A stretch of DNA of 64,000 nt from Flavobacteriales bacterium. GTDB taxonomy: Bacteria > Bacteroidota > Bacteroidia > Flavobacteriales > Flavobacteriaceae. The stretch lies in assembly GCA_027023475.1 (NCBI GenBank), contig JALVVJ010000019.1:1459-65458 (forward strand). The letters are read 5' to 3'. Of this stretch, positions 44,969 through 54,729 are shown one piece after another; the first letter of the stretch is position 1; each line of letters starts with the position of its first letter. The notes under the pieces were generated by a model. It saw nothing but the letters and a program-made list of their open reading frames with translations. It had not been told where the DNA came from and did not search any database. The position numbers and the translations under genes are program-made.

Positions 44969-45175
44969 GTCCTACTGTAAACATTGAAGGCAAATGTCAT
45001 TCCGACAGAGCCGCGTAGCGGCGACGAGGAATCTCTACACGGATACTCCATTCGGGGCGGAATATTAGATTCCTATTGTCTAATCCGTGATGAGATTCCT
45101 CGGCGTTTTACCTCGCTTACGCTCGGCAAAACTTTGTCGGAATGACATCGATCTCCTATTGCAAACATTGAAGGC
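44969..45175. repeat. Family-C inverted-pair repeat, locus C5
   Basis: Left unit 44996..45042 (GTCATTCCGACAGAGCCGCGTAGCGGCGACGAGGAATCTCTACACGG) and inverted right unit 45085..45146. TCCTAYTGYAAACATTGAAGG direct repeats sit at both ends. Confidence 0.85.
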
Positions 45176-45772
45176 GAAACCGAACAGCGGGTTCGCCGCT
45201 TCCCGAGGAGACCAAAGGGCTCCGAGGGCCGCAAGGAGACACCGCAGGTGGCTCCGAAGCACACGGAGCAAGACCGGAGGCGAAGCGAAGCGGCGCCGGA
45301 AGGGCTTGCGGAGTTGCGAAGGGAGACAAGCGCGAAGCCGCAGGCGGAGCGTGCCGGCTCCCTGAGCCGCGAAGGCAGACCGCAGGGCTGCCGGAGTGCC
45401 GGAGGGAGACAAAGCGCGGGCTTGGCATCAGCCGCTTGGCAGCCGAAGGATCCCGGAGGGCGGAACAAGACAAGGGGCGCCGGCCCGCGCCAAAGGCGCG
45501 GGCCGGGCGGCGCAAAAAAACGGTGGATTTTATTCGCTAAACCCAAAACAAATCATCGATGGCCGCAACAATCCATTTTCCGGAATAAGTTTTGCGCCGC
45601 CGGCAGCGGAATTTCATTCCGCCGCCGGCGCCCTGACGGCTTGTGGAGCCGTGGAGCAAGACCCGCAGGGGCTTGCGGAACCGCATAACTTGTCCCGTAT
45701 ATTGCCTGGCAATGTCAGGGAAACAAGGCGCAGCCCTTGGCGTAGGCCTATGGAAGCCGTATGTTCCCGAAG
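45176..45772 (-). repeat. Family-B repeat, copy B5
   Basis: The reverse complement aligns with B1 from TTCGGGAACATACGGCTTCC through hairpin 1 (45594..45632) and hairpin 2 (45480..45506) to the CTTGTCTCC/GCTTCGC tail. Confidence 0.85.
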
Positions 45773-45889
45773 CAAGTCAAAATTTAGTGGTTTTTAACGG
45801 AAAAATCATTGATCAGTCGAGTTGTCCTTCCGTCGTATTTAACTTTGGCAAGATTTTTGCTTCGGTTTTACAAAACCCAAGGATTAACC

Positions 45890-46243
45890 ATGCGCGACGA
45901 TCATGTTTTTACTACGCAAAAAAGTAAAGAAGCAACCGATTTTGATGCGAAACAAAAATTGATGCAACAAAGTTGGCGTTTGCAAAGTATTTACGAAACG
46001 GGATTGGTGCCCGATGTGGCCCGATACCGGGATGTGGAAGTGGTTTTCGGGCCGATGCATATTTATGCCCTCTATGGCAGCCGGGCCGAACGGTTTTCCT
46101 ATCGTTTCCTGTCGCCGCGCGTGTTTGAAGTGGTGATCAACAACATTCCCTTCCGCTGCCGCATCAGCCGCTTGACCGACACCGAACTCCGTTTCCACGC
46201 CGATGCACCCGAACATCATTTTATCATCGAAATGCGCCGGTAA
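45890..46243 (+). CDS. Hypothetical protein
   Basis: The track ORF starts at TTG 45809. ATG 45890 (MRDDHVFTT...) is preferred. No recognised motifs. The 3' end overlaps the convergent neighbour by 28 nt. Confidence 0.45.
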   Translation: MRDDHVFTTQKSKEATDFDAKQKLMQQSWRLQSIYETGLVPDVARYRDVEVVFGPMHIYALYGSRAERFSYRFLSPRVFEVVINNIPFRCRISRLTDTELRFHADAPEHHFIIEMRR

Positions 46244-47160
46244 TCGCGGTAAAGGGGCAGCGTGGAGCAACGCAACAAACCTTCTTGTTTGGCAATTTCA
46301 CGATAACCGATTTCCTCAACGGTCAGCCCTTGCCGGCGAAGCCAAGTGTTTAACCGACTGAAATGCCGGTCGGAAACCACGACCTCGGGCGATATGGAAA
46401 ATACATTGGCCGTCATATCATACATTTCTTCCTTTGTGATATGAAAAAGATTTTCCCGGCCGAACAAATCGCGTAGGAAGTCGTATTGTTCCGGCACCAG
46501 AAAACCCTCGCGGTGAATGATGGCCTTGCCTTTGCCCACGGGTTGAAATACGCAATCCAAGTGCAGGGCGTTTTCATAGGGGTCGGCGTTGGATTTTTTC
46601 AGGTCGAAAGCCACCACTTTTTTGTGCGGGAACAATTGCTGCAACCATTCCACGGCGGCGGCATTGGTGCGCGCAGTGATCATTTTAGGATAATCTGGGC
46701 GGCGATAGGCGCCTACGAAAATATAATCATACCACGGCATCACATCACCACCTTCGACATGCACCGTTTCGGGCGGAATAATAATATTCCCCGGATCGAT
46801 ACTGCGGGCGATTTCCAAAATGGCGTTTACTTCACACTCGCGCGCCGGTAAAATATTGGAACGGATAAATTTATTTTCGATTACAAAACCCACATCGCGG
46901 GCAAATATTTGATTGGTATTTTCCAAGGGCTTGGGCCGGAAAACCCTGACACCGTATTTTTCCAAAACCTCACGGAAAGATTCCATTTCGCGCACCATAT
47001 CTTCCTCGCGCGGATAGGTGCCTTTGAGCACATTTTCCAAGGACTTGGGGTCGTAACAATCTTCGGGCTCGGGAACGGGACCGGGGCTATCGGCGCGGCC
47101 CAGAATAACGGCGCGCAGGGGTGAAATTTCATCAATTACATAAAACCGGTCGATTTCCAT
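46216..47160 (-). CDS. Amidinotransferase / arginine deiminase-superfamily (DDAH-like) protein
   Basis: Trimmed to ATG 47160 (MEIDRFYVIDE...). The C-terminal GLLRCSTLPL (catalytic Cys context) and HLDCVF are typical of the guanidino-group-modifying enzyme fold. Confidence 0.7.
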   Translation of the reverse strand: MEIDRFYVIDEISPLRAVILGRADSPGPVPEPEDCYDPKSLENVLKGTYPREEDMVREMESFREVLEKYGVRVFRPKPLENTNQIFARDVGFVIENKFIRSNILPARECEVNAILEIARSIDPGNIIIPPETVHVEGGDVMPWYDYIFVGAYRRPDYPKMITARTNAAAVEWLQQLFPHKKVVAFDLKKSNADPYENALHLDCVFQPVGKGKAIIHREGFLVPEQYDFLRDLFGRENLFHITKEEMYDMTANVFSISPEVVVSDRHFSRLNTWLRRQGLTVEEIGYREIAKQEGLLRCSTLPLYRDYRRISMIK

Positions 47161-47202
47161 ACAATTGTGGGTTTGGCCTAAAAATACATAAAGCTTTCGG
47201 AA

Positions 47203-47244
47203 CAAAAAAAACGAAAAGCCCGTTCCAAAAGAAACGAGCTTTTC
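47203..47244 (-). terminator. Intrinsic terminator after gltA
   Basis: Minus strand reads GAAAAGCTCGTT-loop-AACGGGCTTTTC (11 of 12 bp) followed by GTTTTTTTTG. Confidence 0.6.
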
Positions 47245-47264
47245 AAATAAACCCAATGCGTAAA

Positions 47265-48557
47265 TTATTTTCTGTTTTCCATGGGAACATAATGCCGTTG
47301 AGCAGGACCTACATACAATTGACGCGGCCTTCCGATAGGTTCGTTGTTTTCGCGCATTTCTTTCCATTGGGCTATCCACCCGGGAAGGCGCCCCATGGCA
47401 AACATCACGGTGAACATTTCTACCGGAATACCCAGCGCGCGGTAGATTATGCCGCTGTAAAAGTCCACATTCGGATAAAGTTTTCGCGCTTGGAAATATT
47501 CGTCGTTCAGTGCGGCTTGTTCCAGTTCTTTGGCAATATCCAACAAGGGATCGTCCACGCCTAATTCGGCCAACACTTCATCGGCGGATTTTTTGATAAT
47601 GCGGGCCCGCGGGTCGAAGTTTTTATACACCCTGTGCCCGAAGCCCATCAGCCGGAACGGGTCGTTTTTGTCCTTGGCCTTGTCGATGTATTTGCGCACA
47701 TTGCCGCCGTCGGCACGGATTTGTTCCAACATTTCAAGAACGGCTTGGTTGGCGCCGCCATGCAGCGGACCCCAAAGGGCCGAAACACCCCCGGATATGG
47801 AAGCATACAAACCCGCATGCGACGAACCTATGAGCCGCACGGTGGATGTAGAACAGTTTTGTTCGTGGTCGGCGTGAAGAATCAAAAGTTTGTCCAAGGC
47901 CCGGGCTGCCACCGGATTCACTTTGTAGGGTTCCATGGGCTTTTCGAACATCATTTTCAGGATGTTTTCCACGTAGCTGAGCCGGCTGTCGGCATAGGTA
48001 AGCGGCCAGCCGTTGCGCTTGCGCATGGCCCAGGCACCCAGAATGGGGAATTTGCCCAAAGTGCGAACAATGGTGTTGTAAAGCACTTCTTTGTTGGAAA
48101 TATCTTTAACATCACGATAAAAAGCCGTCATGGCGCCGGTGAGCGACGACAATATACCCATGGGGTGGGCCGAGCGCGGAAATCCGTCGATGATGTTTTT
48201 CATTTCTTCGTTCACAAAGGATTTATCCTTGACGTCGGCCACGAACTTATCAAAAGTTGTTTTGTCGGGCAATTCGCCGTAAATGAGCAGGTAAGCCACT
48301 TCCAAAAAAGTGGATTTCTCGGCCAGTTCTTCGATCGGATAACCGCGATAGCGTAAAATACCCGCCTCGCCGTTGAGGTAGGTGATTTTACTCCGGGTGG
48401 AAGCGGTGTTTTTATAACCGGGGTCCACGGTTACAACGCCACCGGTGGAAGCCCGCAATGTTTTAATGTCAATAGCCCGGTCGCCTTCGGTTCCGGTTTC
48501 CACCGGAAGTTCCACTTCCAGGTTGTTGATTTTCAGATATGCTGTATCGGTTGTCAT
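47265..48557 (-). CDS. gltA: Citrate synthase
   Basis: GFGHRVYKNFDPRA and HADHEQNCSTSTVR are citrate synthase signatures. 430 aa. Confidence 0.95.
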   Translation of the reverse strand: MTTDTAYLKINNLEVELPVETGTEGDRAIDIKTLRASTGGVVTVDPGYKNTASTRSKITYLNGEAGILRYRGYPIEELAEKSTFLEVAYLLIYGELPDKTTFDKFVADVKDKSFVNEEMKNIIDGFPRSAHPMGILSSLTGAMTAFYRDVKDISNKEVLYNTIVRTLGKFPILGAWAMRKRNGWPLTYADSRLSYVENILKMMFEKPMEPYKVNPVAARALDKLLILHADHEQNCSTSTVRLIGSSHAGLYASISGGVSALWGPLHGGANQAVLEMLEQIRADGGNVRKYIDKAKDKNDPFRLMGFGHRVYKNFDPRARIIKKSADEVLAELGVDDPLLDIAKELEQAALNDEYFQARKLYPNVDFYSGIIYRALGIPVEMFTVMFAMGRLPGWIAQWKEMRENNEPIGRPRQLYVGPAQRHYVPMENRK

Positions 48558-48576
48558 AATATTGATTTATTTATGG

Positions 48577-48849
48577 TTATCGAATAATTTCAAAACTTTT
48601 GTAGCCCTTTGGCCCGGTGCGCCGGAAGTCCACACGTTCAACGCGTGAAAGCGGCGAACCCTGATGAAGCCAATCTTTGAAAATCCGTATTTGCTCTTCG
48701 GGGCCTTCGGCTTCCACATACACGCTGCCGTCGGGCTCATTCCGCACAATACCGGTCAAACCTAACCGGTCGGCCTGCATTTTAGTGTGTTTACGGAACC
48801 ATACGCCTTGCACCTTGCCGTAAACACGCGCTTCGATGGCTTCGGTCAT
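48577..48849 (-). CDS. acyP: Acylphosphatase
   Basis: Trimmed to ATG 48849. VYGKVQGVWFRKHT matches the acylphosphatase signature. 90 aa. Confidence 0.85.
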   Translation of the reverse strand: MTEAIEARVYGKVQGVWFRKHTKMQADRLGLTGIVRNEPDGSVYVEAEGPEEQIRIFKDWLHQGSPLSRVERVDFRRTGPKGYKSFEIIR

Positions 48850-49015
48850 ATACGCTCGGAGTTTTGCATATAAATTTATTTCAAAATCCGCTACTTCCGA
48901 CTGACAAAAAGCAGTTTTTGCGTTGTTTTTGTAATAATTATCACCAAAAACATCCGAAAAATGTGGCACAAAGCGTCTGCATAGGGAGCACATTGGAAAA
49001 TAGCGCGGTAAATCC

Positions 49016-49023
49016 TATATTTG
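49016..49023 (+). promoter_or_regulatory. Candidate -7 promoter box (TATATTTG) for secDF
   Basis: A perfect TAnnTTTG 25 nt upstream of ATG 49049. The track TTG start at 49028 is only 4 nt after the box, which argues for the ATG. Confidence 0.45.
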
Positions 49024-49048
49024 CGCATTGTTTGAAAAAATAAGAATA

Positions 49049-51946
49049 ATGCAAGGAAAAGGACTTGTTAAAACGTTTGCCATTCTGTTGGCATTGTTGA
49101 GTATCTATCAATTATCGTTTACCATTGTAGGGCAAAACATCAAGCAAAAGGCACGCGAATATGCCCAAGGAGATCCGGTTAAAGAAAAACGTTATCTGGA
49201 CTCGGTCAATAAAATTCCGGTGTATAACCTGCTGGGGATGCACTTTACCTATGAAGAAATCAAGAAGCGGGAGATGAAATTGGGTTTGGATTTGCAAGGA
49301 GGTATCAATGTCATTTTGCAAATTTCCATTCGCGACATTCTCAAAGATTTGGCCAATCATACGCACGACCCCGATTTTAACCGCGCACTTAAAATGGCCG
49401 CCGAAGCCCAAAAATCCAGTGATAAACCTTTCTTGGATTTGTTTTTCGAAGCTTGGGATAAAATTGCCAAAGAGACCGGCAAACAACTGAGCGACCCGGC
49501 CATTTTCGGTAACAAAAAATTGGCCGGCGACATTGAACCGGGCATGCCCGACGAAGAAGTCAAAAAAGTCATCCGCCAAAAGGTGGATGAAGCCATGACC
49601 AGTGCCTTTGAAGTGCTGCGTAAGCGTATCGACAAATTCGGGGTAACATCGCCCAATATTCAACGCTTGGGTACCAGTGGCCGCATCCTGGTGGAACTGC
49701 CCGGCGCCAAAGATGCCGAACGTATAAAAAAACTTCTGCAAAGCACGGCGCAATTGGAATTTTGGCCCGGCTATAAGCAGGAAGAATATGCCGGCTATAT
49801 CCAACAGGTGGATCAAATTATTTCACGCAAATACAGTATTCAACCCAAAGACAGCACACAAGCACCTCAAATCGTTTCGCTTTCGGCCCTCAAACGTCAA
49901 GCCGGATATGGCCCGGTGGTAGGTTATTTTGCTATCAAAGACACCGCCAAAGTAAATCAATTCCTCCGCGATCCGGAAGTGGTTAAAGCCCGTCCCGAAA
50001 ATCTGCGTTTTGCTCAGTTCCTTTGGGGCAAACGCGACGCCGACAAAGACATTATTCCGCTATATATCGTCCACGGCAATGCCGACCATATTCCGCCGCT
50101 AAGTGGTAGTGTGATAACCGACGCCCGTCAAACTTTCGACCAGTTCAGTAAACCTGCCGTGTCGATGGATATGAATTCCAAAGGAGCCAAAATCTGGGAA
50201 AAACTTACCACCGATGCCTATAAAAACGGCTCCACCATCGCCATTGTGCTGGACAAAGTGGTTTATTCGGCCCCCACGGTAAGCAACGGCCCTATCACCG
50301 GCGGACGTTCGCAAATCTATGGTAAGTTTACCGTCGAAGAAGCCAAGGACTTGGCCAACGTGTTGCGTGCCGGTAAGTTGCCTGCCAAAGCCGATATTGT
50401 TCAATCCGAAATTGTAGGACCCACCCTTGGCCGTGAAGCCATTCACCAAAGTAAAATCGCCTTTGCTTTTGCCCTGCTCCTTGTGATTTTGTGGATGATT
50501 TTCTACTACGGCCGTGCAGGTGTGGTAGCCGGTGTGGTGTTGCTGGTCAACCTGTTGTTTGTGTTCGGTGTTTTGGCCAGTTTGAAACTGGTGCTCACCC
50601 TGCCCGGTATTGCCGGTATCGTGCTGACCATTGGTATGGCGGTGGACGCCAATGTGCTTATCTATGAGCGGATACGCGAAGAACTAAGGGCGGGCAAAAA
50701 TATGCGGGCCGCTATCGCCGACGGATACAGCAACGCTCTTTCCTCCATTTTGGATGCCAACATCACCACCTTGATTACGGGCTTTATCCTCTTTGTGTTC
50801 GGAACCGGACCCATTCAAGGTTTCGCCACCACCCTGATTATCGGTATCGTGGCCTCCTTGTTTACGGCCATCCTGCTTTCGCGTCTGTTTATCGAGTGGT
50901 GGATGAACAAGGGTAAGAAAATGACTTTCTCCACCAAGGTAACCGAAAATTGGTTGGTGGATGTTAAGTTCGACTTTATCGGTAAACGCAAAATCGCTTA
51001 TTTGGTTTCGGGCTCTTTGATTGCCATCGGGTTGATTTCCATCTTTACCCAGGGACTTAACCCGGGTGTGGACTTTGTGGGCGGACGAACCTTTACGGTG
51101 CGCTTCCCGCAAGCCATGAACAGCAACGAAGTGGCCAATGCCTTGGGTGAAGTGTTTGTGGTAAACGGACATAAAATTAAGCCCGAAGTCAAAACCTTCG
51201 GAGCGCCCAACCAACTGAAAATTACCACCAAATACAAAATCGACCAAAGTGGTGAGGAAGTGGACCAGGAAGTGGAACAAAAACTCTACGAAGGGCTCAA
51301 ACCCTTCCTGCCCAAAGGTATGACCTTCGACCAATTTATCAGCACCAAAGGCGAAAAACAATACGGAATGATGCAATCCATCAAAGTGGGTCCCACTATT
51401 GCCGACGACATTAAAAAAGGCGCCGTTTGGGCTGTGATATTCTCGCTCTTGGCCATCTTCATCTACATTTTGGTGCGTTTCAAATACTGGGAATTCAGTG
51501 TGGGCGCCATTGTGGCCTTGGTTCACGACGTGCTCTTTACGCTGGGCGTGTTTTCGCTCACCTACAAGATTATGCCTTTCGATATGGAAGTGGACCAGGC
51601 CTTTATTGCCGCCATCCTGACCGTAATCGGTTATTCGCTAAACGACACGGTGGTCATCTTCGACCGTGTGCGGGAATTTTTCAAGATCCACCTCTCGTGG
51701 ACGCCGGAAAAACTGATCAACCGGGCTCTGGGTTCCACGCTTTCGCGAACCTTGAACACATCGTTTACCACCTTCCTGGTGTTGTTGGTGGAATTCATCT
51801 TTGGCGGCGACAGCATCCGCGGCTTTATTTTCGCCTTGATGGTGGGTGTGATTGTGGGAACTTATTCGTCGCTGTTTGTGGCCACACCCGTGATGTATGA
51901 TTTAATGAAGAAACGTTTCGACAAGGTGTTGAAACGAAAAAAATAA
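49049..51946 (+). CDS. secDF: Protein translocase subunit SecDF (fused)
   Basis: About 965 aa with an N-terminal TM, a large periplasmic domain, and two six-TM-type SecD and SecF halves (LGLDLQGG, GVDFVGGRTF motifs). Confidence 0.95.
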   Translation: MQGKGLVKTFAILLALLSIYQLSFTIVGQNIKQKAREYAQGDPVKEKRYLDSVNKIPVYNLLGMHFTYEEIKKREMKLGLDLQGGINVILQISIRDILKDLANHTHDPDFNRALKMAAEAQKSSDKPFLDLFFEAWDKIAKETGKQLSDPAIFGNKKLAGDIEPGMPDEEVKKVIRQKVDEAMTSAFEVLRKRIDKFGVTSPNIQRLGTSGRILVELPGAKDAERIKKLLQSTAQLEFWPGYKQEEYAGYIQQVDQIISRKYSIQPKDSTQAPQIVSLSALKRQAGYGPVVGYFAIKDTAKVNQFLRDPEVVKARPENLRFAQFLWGKRDADKDIIPLYIVHGNADHIPPLSGSVITDARQTFDQFSKPAVSMDMNSKGAKIWEKLTTDAYKNGSTIAIVLDKVVYSAPTVSNGPITGGRSQIYGKFTVEEAKDLANVLRAGKLPAKADIVQSEIVGPTLGREAIHQSKIAFAFALLLVILWMIFYYGRAGVVAGVVLLVNLLFVFGVLASLKLVLTLPGIAGIVLTIGMAVDANVLIYERIREELRAGKNMRAAIADGYSNALSSILDANITTLITGFILFVFGTGPIQGFATTLIIGIVASLFTAILLSRLFIEWWMNKGKKMTFSTKVTENWLVDVKFDFIGKRKIAYLVSGSLIAIGLISIFTQGLNPGVDFVGGRTFTVRFPQAMNSNEVANALGEVFVVNGHKIKPEVKTFGAPNQLKITTKYKIDQSGEEVDQEVEQKLYEGLKPFLPKGMTFDQFISTKGEKQYGMMQSIKVGPTIADDIKKGAVWAVIFSLLAIFIYILVRFKYWEFSVGAIVALVHDVLFTLGVFSLTYKIMPFDMEVDQAFIAAILTVIGYSLNDTVVIFDRVREFFKIHLSWTPEKLINRALGSTLSRTLNTSFTTFLVLLVEFIFGGDSIRGFIFALMVGVIVGTYSSLFVATPVMYDLMKKRFDKVLKRKK

Positions 51947-51968
51947 CCGGATTTTAGTGCATAGTTTT

Positions 51969-51999
51969 AATCCCGGCCTTTGTGTGCCGGGATTTTTTT
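51969..51999 (+). terminator. Intrinsic terminator after secDF
   Basis: AATCCCGGC-CTTTGTGT-GCCGGGATT (9-bp stem) followed by TTTTTTA. Confidence 0.75.
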
Positions 52000-52004
52000 A
52001 TGAC

Positions 52005-52585
52005 GCTCCGGAACCGCTACGCGTTTCCTACGCGGCTCCGCAAGCCGTCAGGGCGCCGGCGGCGGAATGGAATTCCGCTGCCGGCGGCGCAAAATTTTGC
52101 GGCCATTGACAACAAATGATTTAAAGTTTCGACTACGCCATTCCCGGAAAACCCTGCCGGGATTTTGCGCCGCCGGCCCCGCGCGTGAGCGCGGGGCCAG
52201 CGCCCTTTGTCTTGCTACGCTGCTTCGGAAACCTCGTATGTTTGTAGCATGAAAAATTTTATAATTTTGTTCACATCCGATGCAAAAAGGAAAGAAGGTA
52301 AGAAATCTGGGAAACCTTGGTACGTACAAAACGATACCGTAGCGCAGAATGTATTCTTACCTTCTTTCTGCGCTTCCAAAGCCCAACGCCCGGGCCGCGC
52401 TTGTTTTCCTTCGCACCTCGGGGAACCCGCACGCTCCGCCTGCGACTCCGCGTTTGTCTCCCCTCGGGCTTCGCAAGCCCTTCCGGCTTCGCTTCGCTGT
52501 GCCGCAGGTCTTGCTTCGCGTGCTGCGGAGCCACACTGCCTCCCGACAAGTTCTGCTACGCCATGGCAGCGGTCTCCGCAGACAG
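52005..52585 (+). repeat. Family-B repeat, copy B6 (with a nested AT-rich insertion at about 52225..52372)
   Basis: Hairpin 1 at 52052..52090 and hairpin 2 at 52175..52198 (GTGA loop). The tail is of the CGCGTTTGTCTCCCCTCGGGCTTCGCAAGCCC... type and aligns with B1 and B5. Confidence 0.85.
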
Positions 52586-52622
52586 GAAATTATTAAACTA
52601 CATACATTATTCTCCGCAAAAA

Positions 52623-54398
52623 CTACCGTTTTACAAACATTTTCCAACTTCCACTCACTTCCAACCAATAAACCCCCGATGTCAAGTTCGAAATATCCAA
52701 TACTTGCAGGTTTCCTTCCGGCTCCCTCATCCTGATAAAGCCCGTCATATCCATCCCCGCCGAATTAAAAATGCGAATTTCTTTGATCGCACTTGCGGTT
52801 GTCGTGATAAACAAAACATCACTGCACGGATTGGGATAAACAACCATATCCTGTTCAACCGATTTAACCACCCCGGTTTGCCCGCCAAATTCATAGGCGC
52901 CCATATCCGGCCCATTGCCCAACGGACGGACTTGTCCGTCAAAATCCGTTGTGGGAGCGCCGTTGGATGTTCCCGTATCAACACAAGGGCTTCCCGCCAA
53001 AAGATGATAATCGTTCAGGGTGCTATCTACAAACTGTGGGTCGGCATTGATATTACCCGTTCCGACGGGCATCGCAAAGCCGTTGTTATAAAAGTCCGAA
53101 TAGGTAAAATCGAAATTCAACGTATATCCGTTGCTGTCGGTTTCCAACCGGACAAAACCTGTAACAATGCAATTGGCCATTAAATTGTCGTAGTTGTTTC
53201 TTTCCACATTGACAAGTGTGTTTCCACCGTCAAATACACAATTGTAAAAAGCATTGTTGTCCACATCGGTGTCTTCTTCATAATCATTAAAATCAATGGC
53301 TATGTAATTGTCAAAAAAAATACAGTTGGTAAACCGGTTATAACGCCCGCAATATTGGGCGCCGTCGTCTTCGTCGCTATCACAAAATTGAACGGCGCGT
53401 TTACAATGGTGGGCTATACAAGCATCGAAGGAGTTGTAACTGGCCCCGTCTCGTGCCACAAAACCCGTGGATTCTTGTGTAATACCCCGGGTAGTACAAT
53501 GCACAAAGCGGTTATGCTGCGCCCCGCGATGCCGCACATAGAAGGCCTCGTCACGAAAATTAACCGCCGTGCAGTTTTCAAAAAGATTATGTGCCGCATC
53601 CCCTTTGGCACCTATGCCGTGCCCGTAATTGGGCAAATCGCCGATACGTTCCACATAGCAGTTACGAACGATATTATCATTTCCATAATACACTACAATG
53701 TAATAATCCATTGCCGCATTGTCCGATCTGTCATCGTCGCAGTAAACCTTGCAATCTTCGATGATGTTTCTTTCTCCTTCCACATAAATACCCTGCGCCG
53801 AAGCATTGACCACCACACATTGGCGAATAATATTATCCGATGACTTTAACTCGATGGCCTTACCCGAATAATTTGCCAAAGTGTCGCCCAATTCGGTTAA
53901 GTATATCCTGTCCAAAACTATATGACGGTTGCTCAGTCTTTCGTCGTCAATTACTCCATTTTCATAACGTGTAATTTGCAAGTTATGGAATTCCACGTAT
54001 TGCGCTCCGTTCAGGTCGATGGCCGTCCCGTGGCTACGGTCTCCTCCATCCAAGAGTGGTAACCGGGAAGCATCGAGCGTGTCGCCGTAATCAAAATCAA
54101 ATCCCGGATCCTGGCCGGGTGTTTGTCCGTAACCTTGAACCACAACCGGATGCTCGGGTGTTCCACTTTTTTCCACGACCACATGCTCACCGGCATAAAT
54201 ACCGGCTTGAACCCATACCGTATCACCCGCCGCCACGGGCGAAGCCGCCGAAAGGGCATAGAAAAGCGTGCGCCACGCCGTTCCGGACGAGCGGCCGTCG
54301 TTATGGTCATCACCCGTAGGCGAAACGTAATAAAGCGTTTGCGCCCCGCTCCATAAGGGCAGAATGACAAAAATCAGAAATAAATACCGTCGAATCAT
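52623..54398 (-). CDS. Right-handed parallel beta-helix repeat protein with T9SS C-terminal sorting domain
   Basis: Trimmed to ATG 54398 (MIRRYLFLIFVILPLWSGAQ). YYVSPTGDDHNDG is typical of pectate-lyase-fold proteins. The C-terminal ~80 aa (VVYPNPCSDVLFI...LTSGVYWLEV...) resembles a type-A T9SS CTD. Confidence 0.8.
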   Translation of the reverse strand: MIRRYLFLIFVILPLWSGAQTLYYVSPTGDDHNDGRSSGTAWRTLFYALSAASPVAAGDTVWVQAGIYAGEHVVVEKSGTPEHPVVVQGYGQTPGQDPGFDFDYGDTLDASRLPLLDGGDRSHGTAIDLNGAQYVEFHNLQITRYENGVIDDERLSNRHIVLDRIYLTELGDTLANYSGKAIELKSSDNIIRQCVVVNASAQGIYVEGERNIIEDCKVYCDDDRSDNAAMDYYIVVYYGNDNIVRNCYVERIGDLPNYGHGIGAKGDAAHNLFENCTAVNFRDEAFYVRHRGAQHNRFVHCTTRGITQESTGFVARDGASYNSFDACIAHHCKRAVQFCDSDEDDGAQYCGRYNRFTNCIFFDNYIAIDFNDYEEDTDVDNNAFYNCVFDGGNTLVNVERNNYDNLMANCIVTGFVRLETDSNGYTLNFDFTYSDFYNNGFAMPVGTGNINADPQFVDSTLNDYHLLAGSPCVDTGTSNGAPTTDFDGQVRPLGNGPDMGAYEFGGQTGVVKSVEQDMVVYPNPCSDVLFITTTASAIKEIRIFNSAGMDMTGFIRMREPEGNLQVLDISNLTSGVYWLEVSGSWKMFVKR

Positions 54399-54729
54399 TA
54401 CTTCAAATTTATGCAAAAAATAAATTTGCCAAACATTGTTCCAACAGGACATCCTCGAAATCCTCATTTGGAGAGTATTAAATTTTTATGATAAATTATG
54501 TCAATTATTTCTTTATAAATAATTGCCATTAACATTGATTCGATTATACCCGAAAAAAAACCGTATTTCTACTTTAAAAACATAGGAACTTTTATTGTTT
54601 TCAAACATGATTTTTATGTTTTGCGAGTAATTTTTTTCAAAATATGTCGAATGTTATTTGCACGAGAAAAAAATAATTATATATTTGTAATAGGAAAGTA
54701 ACTAAAATTAACATAAAAATCCGCTTGCT

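Noticed and set aside
46216-46243. 28-nt 3'-3' overlap of the convergent genes 45890..46243 and 46216..47160 as a regulatory antisense arrangement.
   Set aside because: The short hypothetical gene is itself weakly supported. The overlap may only reflect an over-called ORF. There is nothing further to support a functional claim.
54468-54729. AT-rich divergent intergenic region with an 8-bp inverted repeat (AATTATTT-N6-AAATAATT) as an operator.
   Set aside because: Short AT-only palindromes are expected by chance in AT-rich promoter DNA. There is no second copy or supporting feature.
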